Part shown: positions 12,392 to 25,552 of the stretch, in pieces
Position numbering within the stretch: position 1 is the stretch's first letter
Layout: each line of letters opens with the position of its first letter
Origin: Balanoglossus misakiensis
Taxonomy: Eukaryota; Animalia; Hemichordata
Direction of reading: 5' to 3'
Assembly (NCBI GenBank): GCA_040954595.2
Contig: CM082594.2
Span: 11,920,985 to 11,984,984, forward strand
DNA length: 64,000 bases
The notes under the pieces: model-generated
The model's database searches: none
Seen by the model: only the letters and a program-made list of their open reading frames with translations
What the model was told of the DNA's origin: nothing
Program-made: the position numbers and the translations under genes

Positions 12392-15358
12392 GTAAGTCAT
12401 TTCCTTTGCATAAATATCTAGGACAGTTATATTGGAAAACTTTCGCTTCTCTGCAAAAGCATCTAAAACACACTTCACCCACAAAGAAAGTGTTATTGTG
12501 ACGCATCCGATGACAGTGGTCTGAACACAGCTGTAGTGCCACACTACTGTGTGAACTTCTGTCACTGTGTAATGTTTTGCATCGTTTTACAATGTATAAC
12601 CCTGTACGTCGCGTAAAACACACACGAAGAACACGCATACAAACACTATTACACAGAAATGCACGAACAAAAAGGTGAATGTGCCTCTTTGGGTTGAAGT
12701 GTTTCTTATTGCTGTACTCCTGTTCTATCCAGCTACAATTTCATTTAGGTTGTGCTAGCAGCACTTTCAATTCAGATCGTGTGAGTAAAGCATCGTGCAA
12801 ACAGACTCAGACGAAATGAAATGATCGCATTCTGACCTATCTTGAATTGTCACGTCGATAACCATTTCCCCCATCCACAGAAGAATACTGCCCAATAAAC
12901 AATAATTGGCCGTCGACGGTGAAAGAAAAGCGAGCATGTCCCAAAATGTTAAATATATGATTTGTTGGAAGGGTAACCTTTATAGGGTATTCTCTTGGGC
13001 TTCACGCTTGCGTTGGTGACTGATTGAGCAGTGGTTGGACTGCGCATAATGCATCAATATTAATCACCTTGATTGGTTTTAAAGGTCATCGATAATGTCC
13101 CATCATTTAATTTAAACCGTGTACTGTCGGAGTGATTAAATCTTTTTAAAAAGCCTGCGATTCAAAACGTGTGAAAAAATGACAATTAAAGAGTTCTTAC
13201 CAGCAAATGTAATATGCTACAATGATATAGCTGCCGTTCCATTGTCCGCAACCACCAGAATGTTAGTCGGTTTCCAATTGAAAGTAGATCACTTTTTGTC
13301 CAGTTAACATTGGTTATCAACAAACGCTAGAGAGAGGGGCATAATTATACAAGTGCAACCATCGGTCGATAACGGGAAATATATATTGCCGTGAAGTTAC
13401 AAGAGCGTTCGCAGAGCTTATTGAAATCCGTCTGGGCCGTTATCTATCACTCGAACTAACGAACCATATCTAATGATTACATAGGTCGGTGGGTGATATT
13501 TCGATTTTCGATTAATCAGGATCGGAGACAGTAATTGCATATTGTACTGTTGAGTGTGTTCATTTGTCTTGAATGGTACCCGCCTAACTCACAGAGTCAT
13601 GTTTTAAAACTTGTGGATAGAACACCAGTTCATTGTTATGCGAACCTAAGGGTGTAATCTTTAAGTCTACCTTGAAATTATCGACTTGTTAGATCTGTAC
13701 TCTTAAAATACGCCTCGCCACGCCTTGCTCAAGTGAATCAGCGACAGACAGAAGTTTCAAATCAGAAAATATAAAGTTTTAAGGCATTGAGTCATTCCAG
13801 TCATCACCGCTGAGACGAAAAGATATATGCTTTGTCGTCGATGAGATAAGCCATTGCCACGTTCTGAGCTAGACACGGTCATCCTGTTTGACGACACACT
13901 TGAAAAACGTCGCAAAAGGGACCGGGGCTATTAGACACACGTGCAGGGCATGAGAAGTTCATTTCAAATCATCACCATTTCGGGGTTTACGTATCAAACG
14001 GTCGTCACGGCTCTGGCAAAAGTTGGTGTTGATTTGATTGCCGTCTGTTGACAATGGCTCCCTGGGATCCTTGTTATTCGGTTTTCTGGTTTTTAAACGT
14101 CTGCTCGATGTCTTGTGACGGAAGAGACACGCACGCATTTCCGTTTGTGCCTGGTTGATTTATTTGCCATTTCTAAATGAGTGACAGGTAACACAGTTAA
14201 CAGACAGCTTTTAATGTGGTGGCCATTGAACTAAATTATTCACGAAAACTTTACGGGTTTGCTGTATGTTGAATATTAATAGCATCTCTCGCTTTTGACA
14301 CATAAAGGCAATAGTCAAGTAGACCCATACGGAGAAGTACCTGTAGTAGTCTTTAAAACAGCTGATGTAATTTTCCCGAGGAAAGAAACGAATAGCGTGG
14401 AATATACATATGGCAATCCTACAGGCTTTTGAAGAGTGTTGTGCGCATGTCTTTCCAGCTGAAGCCATCATCTAGAGGGTGCGCCAAATATAATGACAGA
14501 ACCATTTCAATCTCGAAGACGCCGACAAACGGATATCAAAATGCTGCTCAAAACCACGGTTGTCTGTCTGTTTTACTCGAATCACTGAAAATTAACTTTT
14601 AAGGAAGATACCATTGGATAATTTGAAGAGGGTAGGAAGCTACAGAACTATCGGTGAAATACCACTCGATAATTTGAAAGGAGAGCTGAATGGCTACTGT
14701 GCAAATGCCGCTGGTTCGATTCGGATAATAATCGTCTAAAACAGAACTATAAAGGTTTACTTCATTTTTGCCACACTATAGTCAACCAAAATCGATTCAA
14801 TCTAGCACTCTGGGGGCAAGGTTGGCGTTATTTGTCAAGAAAACATCGCTCTAGGACCCATTGCCAGAAAATGCCGCCCAGGAGAACAAATGCGTCTCCC
14901 ACTAAATGCCTACCCCTGCGCAGATATCGCAACCCAATCTTTTTGCAATCTGTTTTGTTCAAAGAAAATCAATCCGCTTCCTTCAAGGCTCTATAAAACA
15001 TCAAACCGAGCACATAATAACCCCTGAAACATCGTTCACCATGACTAATGGCACGCAAAGAACAGCCCGGTAGCCAGTAGCATTCGGTGTGGCATGTATT
15101 GCATAACAAAATATTATCGGTGTTCATCAAAGCAGACAGGACACACTCGCCCATACATCTGTGCAGAGTAGATGATATACTATGGTAAACCTTGTGCGCA
15201 AGGTCGACAGTATTTCTTCCGTTTACTGAACTGAAGACTGGATGCACTCAACCCACAAAACATGTATTTTACAATCTGTTACACCTTTCAGGTGTTACAG
15301 CTCTCCATAGTTAAGCGTTTGTCTCACACAACGTCAGCGGTTTCCATAGTTACTGTTA

Positions 15359-15830
15359 TCATGTAAACTCTCGGTTCACAAATGCTTTTGAACCGAAACA
15401 CTCGGTCCCGATTTCTATCGACCCTTGCAGCAAAGGTTCCCCCTCCTCTCCAAAATCGTCGTGAGATGAAAACACTGTATCCCTGATTTGCATTTCAAGT
15501 TGAAGTTTTATCAAAAGAAGCCAGGGGATGACTATTGTCGACGCTACACATTCCTACGTTGCATGTGTATCAAGACTATAATTCAAAGAAGCAACCATTC
15601 AAAAAAGAAACCACAATTTTTCGGAATGCTGACAGACTGGCCATATTTGTCGTTTTATGAGAATGGAACAAGCAGACCGATAACAAATAAATTACAATGA
15701 AATTCTGGACAATAAACGGAATAGCAAACTGAACAAGTAACCACCGGCGGCCAATCATATAACCAGTTAATATAAAACGAATGGCGAAAATAAAGAAAGT
15801 ATGCCAATAGCCATGGTGTAACACCTGACA
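15359..15830 (-). pseudogene. Possible decayed multi-pass membrane protein (MFS transporter-like C-terminal part)
   Basis: Consecutive hydrophobic segments (HTFFIFAIRFILTGY, WLLVQFAIPFIVQNFIVIYLLSVCLF, ASTIVIPWLLLIKL) followed by an acidic tail with a dileucine-like signal (DDFGEEGEPLLQG). Broken by stops and frameshifts; family assignment tentative. Confidence 0.25.
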
Positions 15831-18800
15831 GTCGGTGCAACTTTAGCAATGCGACGAACTACCTTTAGTAAAATTTATTGTGTATTGACATTCGCGACCG
15901 CAATCTTATGAGAAAGAGTGCTAGACTTTAATGAGAGTTTAACAATGGCGCCATTCAAAATGTGTGGTTGCTGACCACCTGAATTGATACAGATTTTGCA
16001 TAAATGAGCATCGAAGATATCAAACGGTGAAAAAAATCCCCACCTTGTATAGCAGGGATGTAAGCATCAACGATTCAGTTAATACTTCATTCTGAGAATG
16101 AAGATAATACGCAAAAAGTGTAACCCAGATTTAATGTTATACTAAAAAATAAATACCGAACCGAACTGTAAATGGATGACTATACATGGTTGGGATTTTT
16201 TGAATATACGAATTGGACATGACGTGGTGTTTGTTTTGTGTTCGGTTTACGGAGGATCATGGTGATTGTCCAAGTAATGCTTATGATAACAAACGGATCG
16301 AAATGCAATTTATGGATACTCACCAAGCAATTCACTTAGGATAACTAGTTTCGCTTAATACAGTGAGAGTTGTATGTCAAGTTAATCAATTGTTACGTCA
16401 CGTGTCTTGAGAAGCTTTGAGAGAGTATGTAACGTCTTCAGTTGCATGGTCATGTTCTCGTGTACCGTAATACCCGAATTGGTCGACACTTTTCTTCTTG
16501 TACGGCCCTGTTTCAAAGTTAATTTTCTGCTTCACTTCGCCAACGAAATAAACAAGCATTATTGAAAGTAATGAAATATGCCTGTCGTTAGTACACATCG
16601 GAACTTGTTGAGTTACTAACTATTTCTGTTCGCTCCATTTTGTCTGACCTTGAAATTGTACCGACAGTGCTAAATAGGAAAGAGCGAGCTCCATAACTAG
16701 CTAGACAATTACCGCCAAAGATGATGATTTCAAAGTGACCCTTTATACTTAACTGGAAGTAATCTCATTGAATTTTAAAGTAGCTGTGAACTACAAAGCT
16801 AAAATGCCTTGCACTTTTGAAAGAGATTAACCCCGAAGAAGTGATTAACCAGTTTGTGCAATGAACAAAGCAAAACCCTTTGGATTTTTACAGAATAACC
16901 ACCACGTCTTGTGGATGTGTATTAAGAATAAATAACCTGATAGTTAGATGAGTTAACAGATTTTTGCATAAAGTCTGACAAGATTTAGAAACTAGCACTA
17001 ACCAACTTTTCTAATTTTCCCCATGTAGTCATTTTGACCTGTTCTATTCAACCCAATTTCCTCTATCACATTAATCCTCGTACATGGCTATGGTTTTTAT
17101 GATCTTCCGAATTAAGATCTACAGTCGAATGAATATGCCACTTGAAATATTCATGAATTATCAGCAATCAATATTTGAACGGTCGCCTTAGTGTGACTTG
17201 ACTGCATATAGCTGGCGATGTTGCTGTCAAGCTGGGAACATTAAGTGATTATTACTATTTGTGTTTTGTTGTCGGGGGACACCGTTTCATTCCATGTATG
17301 CATCAATAAAAAAACGAATTGTGTTCGTTATCACGTGCGTGATTCAGACCTCAGAATGTTCCACTTTGTATACGTTACCTCTTTATCTGTCTAACTCACA
17401 AGATTTCTGTGAAGTACTGTTTCTCTTCTCGATGTAAAAAGTACACTGTTCCAAAATCATTCAAATACCATTTACACATGTGAAAAATAAGAAGGAAACG
17501 TTACGTTTTACGCAACACGGTGTATGGCGGAGGTTACAATTCCATAACCAATCAAATTCGAGAGAAAGGTGTGGTTAGTTTGATTTAAGGGATAGAATAG
17601 CAAATCGTATATCAACAAAGTTCCACAACGAAAAGAAAAAGATCAATCCCGGTTGCTCGACCTACATCTCTTTTGAATTTGAGAACCGCAATTTTACCTC
17701 GCATGACTTGTAAATCTATCTTTTCATGCTTCATCTGTCCTTGCAACATATTGGCAATGTGTTGCTGCTCTCGTGGGATTTAGTGTAGTAACTCGTATTT
17801 TATCAGTCTGATTTCTTTTGCATTGTCAAGTGGCCATACACATATACCTTCAAGAGGCATGTACTCAAACCATTTTGGTGAACAGACAATAGTGAGTCCT
17901 TCCCGACGAAAAATGGCATCATGCTGTGGAAACTCTTCGCCCTTAAGCAACGCATTCCAGTAATTAGCAAGCAGCAGGGTTCTTGAAATATTCTACAGAG
18001 CTGTTTTCAATCCATGGACGGTCTATTTCAGACTTGTACGATATTGCTTGAAGCCCCGTGAATATTTGACCTTGGAAATCAGGTATACCACTGAGCATTA
18101 ACAGCTCTGAGGCGAACAGACTGTGTCGGTGTCCACTCTAAAATTGTATTCAGTATAACTGGAACCAATATGCCATTTCGACGGCAGGTGTCATTCGACG
18201 TTAGGCTTTAGGTTGCCTTTCTTTGAGATCTTGTTTTCGACTTACCCATATTTTCATAGAAGTGCTATGAAGCAATCATCTGAGTGGAAACAATCATCAC
18301 CTTTGTCAGGCCTGTATATATAAACAAAAATAAGTATCACTGTTTCTGCAGTATCAATTCCAAAAATCTTAAGCTTGCAATGAATCAAATAATATCATGC
18401 TCAATGCAACCTCGCATGAGAATGTTTACCCAGGCAATACGGCAGTTACTGGAACGCCTGATGGCCTTTGATATTTTATCAGACTATGAGATAATGAACA
18501 AAATAAGAATACATATAAAGAAAAATGAACACAAAAACCATTAAGAGATTTGAAAGGAAGATGTCTTATCAATGTTGAAACAAATGGAAATATAAATATA
18601 ACATGCTGAGATATACCCTATGCCATATTATTTAGCTCATTTCATTGATTCGCCAATGAAATAATGTAAAATTTACACTTTACGTTTTTATTGAAAAACA
18701 TTACTTGGACTTCACACGCACGCTATCTGCATCATAATCCACGCGTGTTTTGGGCCCGTTGTGCTCAGAATAAGGTAAATACTGAATCCATCTTTCTATC

Positions 18801-20453
18801 ATTCCCGCCGGACGACTTATTTCGGCTCAATAATTGAAGCCACTCTTTTGCTCCAAACATGCGCATTATTTAGATTGGGGGTTTAGCTGCGTGCGGTAAA
18901 AAATCAAATGGAGGAGGAATGTTCTTCTTATGTACTTCTTATTATTTCGGCTGCGGGATGAGCTTGGGGTTTTAATTTTCCATATACTTTGCGGCATTAG
19001 ACGCGACTGGCTGCTTTTTGCAGGTACTTATACATTTGGTTCGATTTGACAGTCAGCTGAAAACTAGATTTACATCAAAATGATGGATCCCATCCTTACC
19101 CGGTTATTTAAATCATGCAGTCACTTCAGAAGAAGTAAAGTTCTTACTTTCATATCAGTGACTGTCATCGGGCTACTCGACGATTGGCGCCATCTGTTTT
19201 TTTTAAGTTCCCTATGCAAACTGCTGATGACAGAACTTTCGGACATTTGTTTATTCTGTCGACGAGATAATATGTTAATCCTTTGATGTAGCTGAGATAC
19301 ATTGCTCTTTGCAAGCTGCTTCAAATTGATGACCCGAAGGGCTTTCTTCCAAACTAGAAACTATGAGAGGAATGGAACCAAGAGAGGAATGGAACCAACA
19401 AAAACGTACATTGTGGTTCAATAAACGAATCCATATTAATTCTTACCACTTCCAATCATAGTTTTTGAAAGTATTGTGCGAATACGATGTGCCACTTAGC
19501 CTATTGTGTACATAAACAGGCACATCGTGTAAATTTACTTCCCGTACGGATAGGGACCGTTCTATTTTCCTTCTTAATATATGTGCTTGATGAAAAGAGC
19601 AATGCGAATGAAGGGCAAAAAAGCATGCACAAGTTCAGTGCGATAGATACATGTCATTGATGACCGATGCTATCAATCCCACAATTCCTAGATTTATGAT
19701 CAGTTATGTTGTTGATGTCACCGCACAGAACTAAAAAATATTCCATTGGTTGTCCTCTATCGCGGATGCAGTCAATAAACTCATCACACAATCAATTATA
19801 TTTTATTAGGGCCTAATTCTAGTTTAAAAGGAACGTTCTGTGCCCGAAAGCATATGACAATGCAATTTTGGCCTACTCTAGTCACTGATATACTGTTATA
19901 CACGACAGGCCCTTGTTGATAACATGGTTAGGCATCAAAAATGAGTCCACAATTTACGATTTTCTAAGACAAACCGCACCTCTATCCACTTGATATTTCT
20001 TTTGAAATTGGAAGGGTTCCAGCGAGTGTAGCATGGGTTCTCCCCTTGCTTTGATTTTAATCTGTGGCGGAATTAGATTGCATTTCCAAGGGGGATAACC
20101 TTCCTTACATTTAATTAAGGTATTGACCCAGGGCATCTTGCATGTAAAGCTTGTTGGGCAATTTGTAATAAATATTTGTTACGGTATTACCGTAACTACG
20201 GTCCAATTAAAACTCTGATACCAGCCTATCATAAAATGAATTCGTCAAATGATGAAAGTCACTAACATCATTCAGAGAGCGAGTACGATCCTTCGCACAT
20301 GTAATTGTTGTTAAACACTCCCAGAGACAGGTAGGCCTAGACTGCAATATATACACACGCTTGAACGCCAGCGAGTGTATTGGAGACGAACCGTCCGCGT
20401 TCCAAGATTGTTTTATTCGCATTACATTTATCTGTACATATATAGGAACCTTC

Positions 20454-20486
20454 GCTGTTTCGTGAGTCACTAGACTCACTCATCAG
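20454..20486 (-). ncRNA. Truncated hammerhead ribozyme core
   Basis: Minus strand reads CUGAUGA-GUGAGUC-uagu-GACUCAC-GAAACAGC: both conserved core boxes flank a perfect 7-bp stem II. The stem III 3' arm and NUH cleavage site are missing. Confidence 0.6.
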
Positions 20487-20533
20487 GAGACTAAACTGGC
20501 CAGTTTAGTCCCCTGATGAATGAGTCTAGTGAC
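20466..20533. repeat. 68-bp near-perfect loopless palindrome
   Basis: gtcactagactcactcatcaggagactaaactgg / ccagtttagtcccctgatgaatgagtctagtgac; 34-bp arms with 2 mismatches, centre 20499/20500. Confidence 0.9.
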
Positions 20534-20858
20534 ATTTTCCTTCAAAATCGAACAAGTGTGCTTCGTCAGCTCAGCGGCACACTGCATGGGAACCAGGCTA
20601 CACTGTACACACACCGCCTCCTTCACTCATTATCGGTCTGAAAAACATTGCATACCGTATATATGGTGTAGGGGATTTCAACATAAAACCGCAGATGAAA
20701 GGACATCCGCGGTTTCAACAGAACATGAACTTTATGTTGTGAACCACATTGTCGGAGAACAAATAACTGTAGTGTTATTATTTGAACTAAACACATGTAG
20801 TTTCTGCAACGCCAGGCGGATCCTGAGAGAGATCCCTTTCACCCAATCAGGCGCTTGC

Positions 20859-21657
20859 TTTACTTTTGTCCAATCACAGTGGACTTTGATCGCTTTGATA
20901 TCTTCCGACAAAATGTATCTGGTTTTCTTGGTGTTTTCTATTGCGCTCGCCTGATGTGTTTTCTATTGCGCTCGCCAGGTGTCGAATTACACTTGTCTAG
21001 TCTGTCAGTTTCCTCTCGTTTTGCTGTAGCTAGAGCGGTGTTGACGTGTTCGTCTTTATAGCAATTTAACCGATGAATACACGACATTTAAAAATGATTT
21101 TCTCTGCCGAGACCAGGATAAGATGTCTGACGAAGAACAATAAGTTGTCGAACGACCAAATTGTGGCGACAAGATGGCAAGCTGAAACTCAAGCGTCGGG
21201 GATAACGTTCCCAAATGTCAAAGCGTTTCAACCGAGTTGTTCTTTTGTGCAACGAACAAGGCCGAAACATACATGCTACCCGCTGCATTGAGCATACAAG
21301 TCATGCAGGATGTCACAAGCGTCTGCTGACTGAGATATTCGAAAGAAATGACCATATCAGTATCACTTGACTACATGGCAAGTCAGGCTACCAAATAGTT
21401 CGTCAACGAACAACGTAGCTCTGGACTTACACGCTGTTTGGGTCTACGCTGCTCTCTCCGTCCCCACAGCATGCACAGAGAGCAGCGTAGACCCAAACAG
21501 TGTATAAGTCCAGAGCTACGAACAACGCCAACACATCTCGACAGACAACGAAGAAAACAGTCGCGCTACACATGGAGCTACCACAGGAGTTTTACTTTTG
21601 CCCAATCAAAGTGGACTATGACATCTTCTACCAAAATGTAAGTGTTTTTGGTGTTTT
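20859..21657 (+). repeat. Imperfect direct repeat pair (~20859-20937 and ~21591-21657), probably a duplicated exon end
   Basis: tttacttttgtccaatcacagtggact...caaaatgta vs tttacttttgcccaatcaaagtggact...caaaatgtaagt. Both translate to YFCPI(T/K)VD..DIF.QN followed by GT. Confidence 0.7.
21416..21518. mobile_element. 103-bp MITE with 42-bp TIRs (TAG...CTA termini) and 9-bp TSD; AcademH- or Mutator-type
   Basis: TIRs 21416-21457 and 21477-21518 (2 mismatches). Identical flanking 9-mer cgaacaacg at 21407-21415 and 21519-21527. Confidence 0.85.
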
Positions 21658-22281
21658 GGTGAATTGCAATTTTCTGGAATTTTCCTCCCAGATCTGCTTA
21701 AGTTCGTCAATATAAAAAACTAAACGTGCTCTTTGCAAATATACAATTCCTGTCGGATCTGTGTAAGTCAGACTCTTTAGCAACCTTGCTCATTTAAATA
21801 CCAGGACACACATATCGTGCAGAACTGGGGAGAAAGAACAAGAGAAAACTGTGAACAAAGGGACAATTTTGAGTTTGGAGTTGAGTACATGACTGAGACT
21901 GGGCAGGTCATGCATAAGGGAGCACAACAACGATGGAATTGTGTTTTTCCTCAAGTGGTCACCCATACAAGGTTTTACATTGTTGGTAAGTTTGTTATAT
22001 TGTCTTCTGGTATGGTGCATAGACTACTTCATGGATAGGGTATCTGCAACGCATAATGGTATAATTTGCGTTCAACATGGCAGCTAGTATATATGGCTAC
22101 AATCAGAACGCAAACCGTCCCACAACCCCCTGCGTTATTCTATCCATGAAGTGGTCTATGATTATTGTATATGCTAGAGAGGAGTCAAAGTTCGTTCACC
22201 TGGGCTACGTTATAGCGCTACAGAGTGACTGTCTGTCCTGAATCTGCTAAAGTGAGGTTTTGGACATTCGAAGACACAGTA

Positions 22282-22540
22282 TTATCCCCACAGATCAGCA
22301 CTGCGCTGGTGAAATACGGTAGGTGCTTTGGTGACGCAAAATTTTGCCTCGTTCTTGGGTTGCAGCAGGCGACATTGGATGAACTCAAATCGATATGCGT
22401 GCCATTTCTGATGAGAAAGAATGATTTTCATTTAGCATTGTTACTGTTAGGCGACATTCGAGAAATTTCCTCTGGTAAAAAATGGGGGCAGCCATACAAG
22501 TTGTTCTCTCCCATGTGTGTCTGAGATGAGACGTGATTGT
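22282..22540 (+). pseudogene. Decayed DEATH-domain-like coding segment
   Basis: LSPQISTALVKYGRCFGDAKFCLVLGLQQATLDELKS...FHLALLLLGDIREISSG...KLFSPM fits the DEATH pattern (LG L.xA.LD.+K ... +L..WRE..G ... L...L). The conserved Trp residues are lost and stops follow. Confidence 0.45.
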
Positions 22541-24979
22541 TCTGCTCGTGTAAAATTTCATCGTTCAGAACTTTTTGTACTAGTGTTACAAAGAAGATAT
22601 TGATGAGGAATTCCTGAAGTCATTATCAAACAATAGAGATGAGTAAGCTGTAATGTGACAGCAATGAAAATAGGTTGAGTAATGCTTAAGTCGGCACTCT
22701 TCCCACTGTAGTTATTTTTACAGTAAAATATTGATAAAATATAAAATAGACAAAGGGACATTGTGTGTTTAGATGTAATGAAGTTACCATATGGAGTTAA
22801 AAAGAAACACTATGACAGCAGAGTCTTCTACAATTTCTCGATACAAACAACGGATGTGATAAACTATGTAATACCCCTAGGTAGTCCCTTGTCGTAATAT
22901 CACGTATGCATTACACTCCGCTGCACATTAAACTGTAGCTCATTTGCCAGTCTCAGTTCAATACGACTGATTGAAGTAGTAAACCATTACTGGGAAGACA
23001 GCTTGAATTGTGTTGATCGCGAATCTTGGCTACATCGATACGAGAGAGAGAAAGAGAGAGAGATACACTGACACTAAAGTAAGCAGAGAGATCAAGGACA
23101 AGGAAAAATCAAATTATGTATTTAGTATACACATTGACAAAATATTCAATTTTGGAACTGATCTTCACAGAGAACAAATTATCCTTTATTGCATCCTTTT
23201 GTATGTTTCTGCGAGCTTAACCAGAGGTTGGTGATAATTTCCTTTTTCTCACTAAAATAATTGAATTTAGTCCAAATTCAATTAATCTTTCCATCTTCAT
23301 TTTGTATTTTCCACGTGAGATCTGCCTCACAAGGTATTGGTTTGTAAAGTGAACGAACTGGCGGCAGAAGTCAATTTCGTGTCAATGTCAACTTCCGTCA
23401 ACCAAAACTGCAATGTTTCCAAATCTCAACATACCCCAATTATTACCCGTTGAACATTTTAGAGCCTATGAATACTGCAGAAAATGTAAAATGCCCGTAA
23501 GATCACACAAAAAACTAGAGTGGGTGGGTAAAATTGCATCGTAGTATGAACTGGTATACAGAAATAAAAAAATAAGAAAAATGAAGTCATACCTAATTGA
23601 TTTAACATTGATAAAAGTTAGTGTTATCCATTATATTTGTTGTATTTTGTTAAGGATGTGTGAATATAATTGCTGTTATAATGACAGAGGTCATGTTGCA
23701 GTCAAATTATGTCAGTCATGATTGATATAAATCTCCAAAGGTCATTGAACTTCTTCCTTTAATCATCTGTGTCCATAGACATAAAATAATTATGAAAAGC
23801 AAAATATAGGGTTCCCTCTCTCCCTGGGGAAAAGTGTTAATACACTATGCAGTAGTTTATTATGTTGTTAGTTCAATGTGTTTTATCTGTATCGTTCTCC
23901 AGGAGATAGCTGGTTGAGTATTCATAAACCTATTGTGACAGGACAGCTGAGTCACTTTGACTTTAATTTTGAACTGCACAAGAGACTCTTGAACCTATGA
24001 GCAAATGCACAGAATTACATTTCAAATTGGGCAGAGACGTCTTGAGACATCCACTTAGCCAAAATTATTGTAAGTTTAAAAAACAACAACAAACACTGAA
24101 AACTATTGATCTAATTACACCCCTAATGATTTAGTTTATAATAGGTAAACTATATGTAACAAATACTTTGAATGGTAAATGTATACTAGCCTGAAGGAGT
24201 TTTATCTTGGATGTATAAGAGTCCTTAGCTGTTATTACCCCCACGTGGCAGTAATGTCTTTCAAACAGCACTTTATATTCCCCTGTTGCGAAACAGACCA
24301 ACTCGGTGATTAAGTCTAGGCATGCCAAAGGGCAGTTTGCCATGAATTGTTTTCTGTTTCCCTTTTAAAGGCACAGCAAAGAGTAAACTTTTAGGTATGG
24401 GTTACATTATCTACAACCCCAAAGTCAACTGTATGTGAACCAGGGAGTAAACCAAGTCAGTCAGCAGAGTCAGTATGCCCTATTACTTCTGTGCTCTTTC
24501 ATAACTGCTCAGTAACATAGCTGAGTAACATTCATACTTGAGACTACAAACATAGCAGATAACCATCTGTTTGGTTGTATGGTGACTGTGTTCATAATGG
24601 ATTTGTATTGATCTCTCTGCCTTTCTTAATTGAAAGGTAAGGCCAGGAAAATGTGAGTTGATTTGAAACTGTTAGCTTAGCCTCCAGACAACAGCACTTT
24701 TGTGTTGTCAATGAAAAGATTCATTACAATCTCCCAGCTACGCATTTACCATGCATCACCCAATGCATCAGTGTTTTTATCTTAATCTATGACAAAAAAA
24801 ATTGATAATCTGTCTCCTTGGCAAAAACCCAACATTAACTTATTTAAAGGCATAAACCTGAAATTTATCTGCAACCCCATTTAAGACATGTAATAGTGGT
24901 TCTTGCAAGGATTTTGCTATTAATCTTGTGTATGTACATGTATTCTGCCACAAGGAGATTGATCAATTTTTCACATCTA

Positions 24980-25552
24980 ACAGATATGTTCGATGAGGAG
25001 ACAAGCGTCGGGTTTCATAAAAATTTTTATTGTTAAAAACTTGTTCTACCAACGTTTCGATCCTTCACTGAGGATCTTCTTCAGGGATCTAAAACATAGC
25101 AAAATGTCATTGAGTATTGTATAAATAAAGTCGGAGACAAAGTAAAAACAGTCGGAACTGCAGTGGGACATGCGGACAAAAAATGAGACTCGAGTGAAAT
25201 AGAACAACAACTTGTAAAACGGAGTGATAAAAATAAATGTAAAGAGACAAGACAAAAGAAACTTACTCAGCAGTGATGTTCGAATGTGGTCTGAATAAAG
25301 ACAAAGAGGACTCCTTAGTATGGGAGGAAAAACCAAACGGACTGCCTAGCAGTAAACAAAGACTACAGGTGGTGGGAAAAATGTGAATGAAAGAAAAAAG
25401 TTCTACCAGTCCTTTTTGTTGATACCAGTGGGTGAAAGGGTACCGAGTGCATTAATAATTTTGAGTTCCAGTTGCTTTCTTATTTTGTCATGTCTCGAAT
25501 ATACCTTGCACAGACCAGTGAATTGGAAATGGTCAATGTTGTGATCAGGTTC
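24980..25552 (-). mobile_element. 5'-truncated Penelope-like retroelement 3' end (GIY-YIG C-terminus + 3' UTR/pLTR)
   Basis: 25552-25403(-) translates EPDHNIDHFQFTGLCKVYSRHDKIRKQLELKIINALGTLSPTGINKKDW*, the typical PLE endonuclease end (R..E..I..L.TL.P.G+N). It is followed by a T-rich UTR, a hammerhead core and an AATAAA-containing terminus. Confidence 0.85.
25048..25090 (-). ncRNA. Penelope-associated minimal type I hammerhead ribozyme
   Basis: Minus strand: ..uccCUGAAGAa-GAUCCU-caguga-AGGAUC-GAAACGUUggu. Shows the core boxes, a 6-bp stem II and the short palindromic stem III (AACGUU) characteristic of PLE hammerheads. Confidence 0.8.

Noticed and set aside
12392-12501. C-terminal extension of the 269-aa ORF (KSFPLHK...KKVLL), and likewise 45465-45490
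   Set aside because: Begins exactly at a consensus GTAAGT donor shared by both paralogs and has no family similarity; this is intron read-through, not evidence of a secreted single-exon protein.
19365-19398. 17-bp tandem duplication gagaggaatggaaccaa x2 (and a 21-bp repeat at ~20931-20976)
   Set aside because: Ordinary local slippage duplications with no further structure.
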